From assembly GCA_963699755.1 (NCBI GenBank), contig CAVOVB010000005.1:1-64000 (forward strand): 64,000 nucleotides of DNA. The letters run 5' to 3'. The notes beneath the pieces were generated by a model, which saw only the letters and a program-made list of their open reading frames with translations, had not been told where the DNA came from and searched no databases. This stretch comes from an uncultured delta proteobacterium (lineage in GTDB: Bacteria; Myxococcota_A; Polyangia; Polyangiales; Houyiibacteriaceae). Numbering within the stretch: position 1 is the first letter of the stretch; each line of letters opens with the position of its first letter. Below are positions 63,373-64,000 of this stretch, in pieces. A program made the translations under genes and the position numbers.

Positions 63373-63529
63373 TCGAACCCTTCAACGTGGTGCAGTGCGT
63401 ACCCCTCCCTGTCCCGGTCGACCGACCGAGGACGGAACCTTGATTGCACGCACTCTTCGTCCAGCATCCTGTGCCCGGGCAACATAGGCCCGACTAAGAG
63501 CACGTATCGATGGGTGAGTCGCGGTTCGA
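63373..63529 (+). ncRNA. Putative bridge/seek RNA of the IS1111-type element
   Basis: Closing stem TCGAACC/GGTTCGA encloses two internal-loop hairpins whose loop strands match the element's flanks and circle junction; boundaries approximate. Confidence 0.7.
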
Positions 63530-63643
63530 GCAAGGGCATTCATGGGGCCCCTATTCCCTTGTTCTCACCGACCAAACGGGTCTCGGTGCACGGTGGGTCT
63601 TGCTCGATTGACAACAGCCGCTCTATCCAGGGTGAGGTTGTCC

Positions 63644-63692
63644 AGAAGAAGAAGAAGAAGAGGCAGGCAGCTTGGAGCTGCCTGCCTCTTCT
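63644..63692 (-). terminator. Rho-independent terminator of the minus-strand gene
   Basis: Perfect 16-bp stem 63656-63671/63677-63692 followed on the minus strand by a (TTC)n U-rich tract. Confidence 0.75.
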
Positions 63693-63750
63693 CACGTTGA
63701 TGGGGCCGGCGTCACAAGTCGACGGAAGGCCCGAGGCTCCTGTCTAGTTT

Positions 63751-64000
63751 CTAGTCCGGACAAGCGACGGTTCGACGTCGGCGCTTCGACCAGAGCAGAA
63801 GCGCCCCCACGAACAGCAGCAGTCCCAAGCGGTCTCCTTGGTGGAGGCGCGTTGCGCTGCATGCGAGACCCAGTCCCGAGGCTGCCGTGGCATCGCCATC
63901 ACGGGCCTTCGGAGCGGTCGCTTCACAACCCTCCGCAAAGGTCACGACGAGATCGAAGTCGCTCGGCACTGTGTTCTTGTCGTTCCCTTTGAACTCGACT
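63751..64000 (-). CDS. 3' end of an exported protein with MYXO-CTERM-like sorting tail (partial)
   Basis: ...LACSA...LGLLLFVGALLLWSKRRRR: Cys motif, TM helix, Arg cluster; the gene appears to run off the window. Confidence 0.55.
   Translation of the reverse strand, partial: VEFKGNDKNTVPSDFDLVVTFAEGCEATAPKARDGDATAASGLGLACSATRLHQGDRLGLLLFVGALLLWSKRRRRTVACPD

Larger units (their letters stand above)
62747..63630 (+). mobile_element. IS110-family (IS1111-type) element, internally deleted, both ends retained
   Basis: Sub-terminal inverted repeats TAGAGCG (62754-62760) / CGCTCTA (63619-63625); TTGACA at 63608-63613 near the right end; transposase remnant; long 3' non-coding region. Confidence 0.8.

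Noticed and set aside
63645..63660. GAA run as a coding poly-Lys or contingency repeat
   Set aside because: Better explained as the U-rich tail of the minus-strand terminator.

Overview
GC-rich bacterial chromosome segment. Gene content (extra Hsp70/J-protein module, CarF, CarH-like regulator, MYXO-CTERM-like tail, many lipoproteins) points to a myxobacterium (Myxococcota); this is inference. 1-1.8 kb: edge of an island at tRNA-Leu(UAA), with a degraded DDE transposase element abutting a tyrosine-integrase C-terminal remnant. 1.8-31.6 kb: intact mostly core genes (panD, argB/D/F/G, a dnaK paralogue with a J-TPR partner, hslUV-xerC-trmFO-topA-dprA), plus an ~8 kb block (S8 protease lipoprotein with a sigma54-type promoter, plsC/plsB, bestrophin + beta-carbonic anhydrase). 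31.7-64 kb: accessory region with many deletion scars (cydB::mscS, tkt::Cof, rpiA-gntK, GH63, DUF433::DUF5615). Two candidates stand out. (1) An intact, translationally coupled operon: carF-like desaturase, folE, a cytochrome c lipoprotein with a putative pterin-binding domain, and a membrane protein, next to a B12-type CarH regulator. (2) An ~880-bp non-autonomous IS110-family (IS1111-type) element whose 3' non-coding RNA has loops matching its own target flanks and circle junction (bridge/seek RNA). Functions come from motif recognition only; no searches were run.
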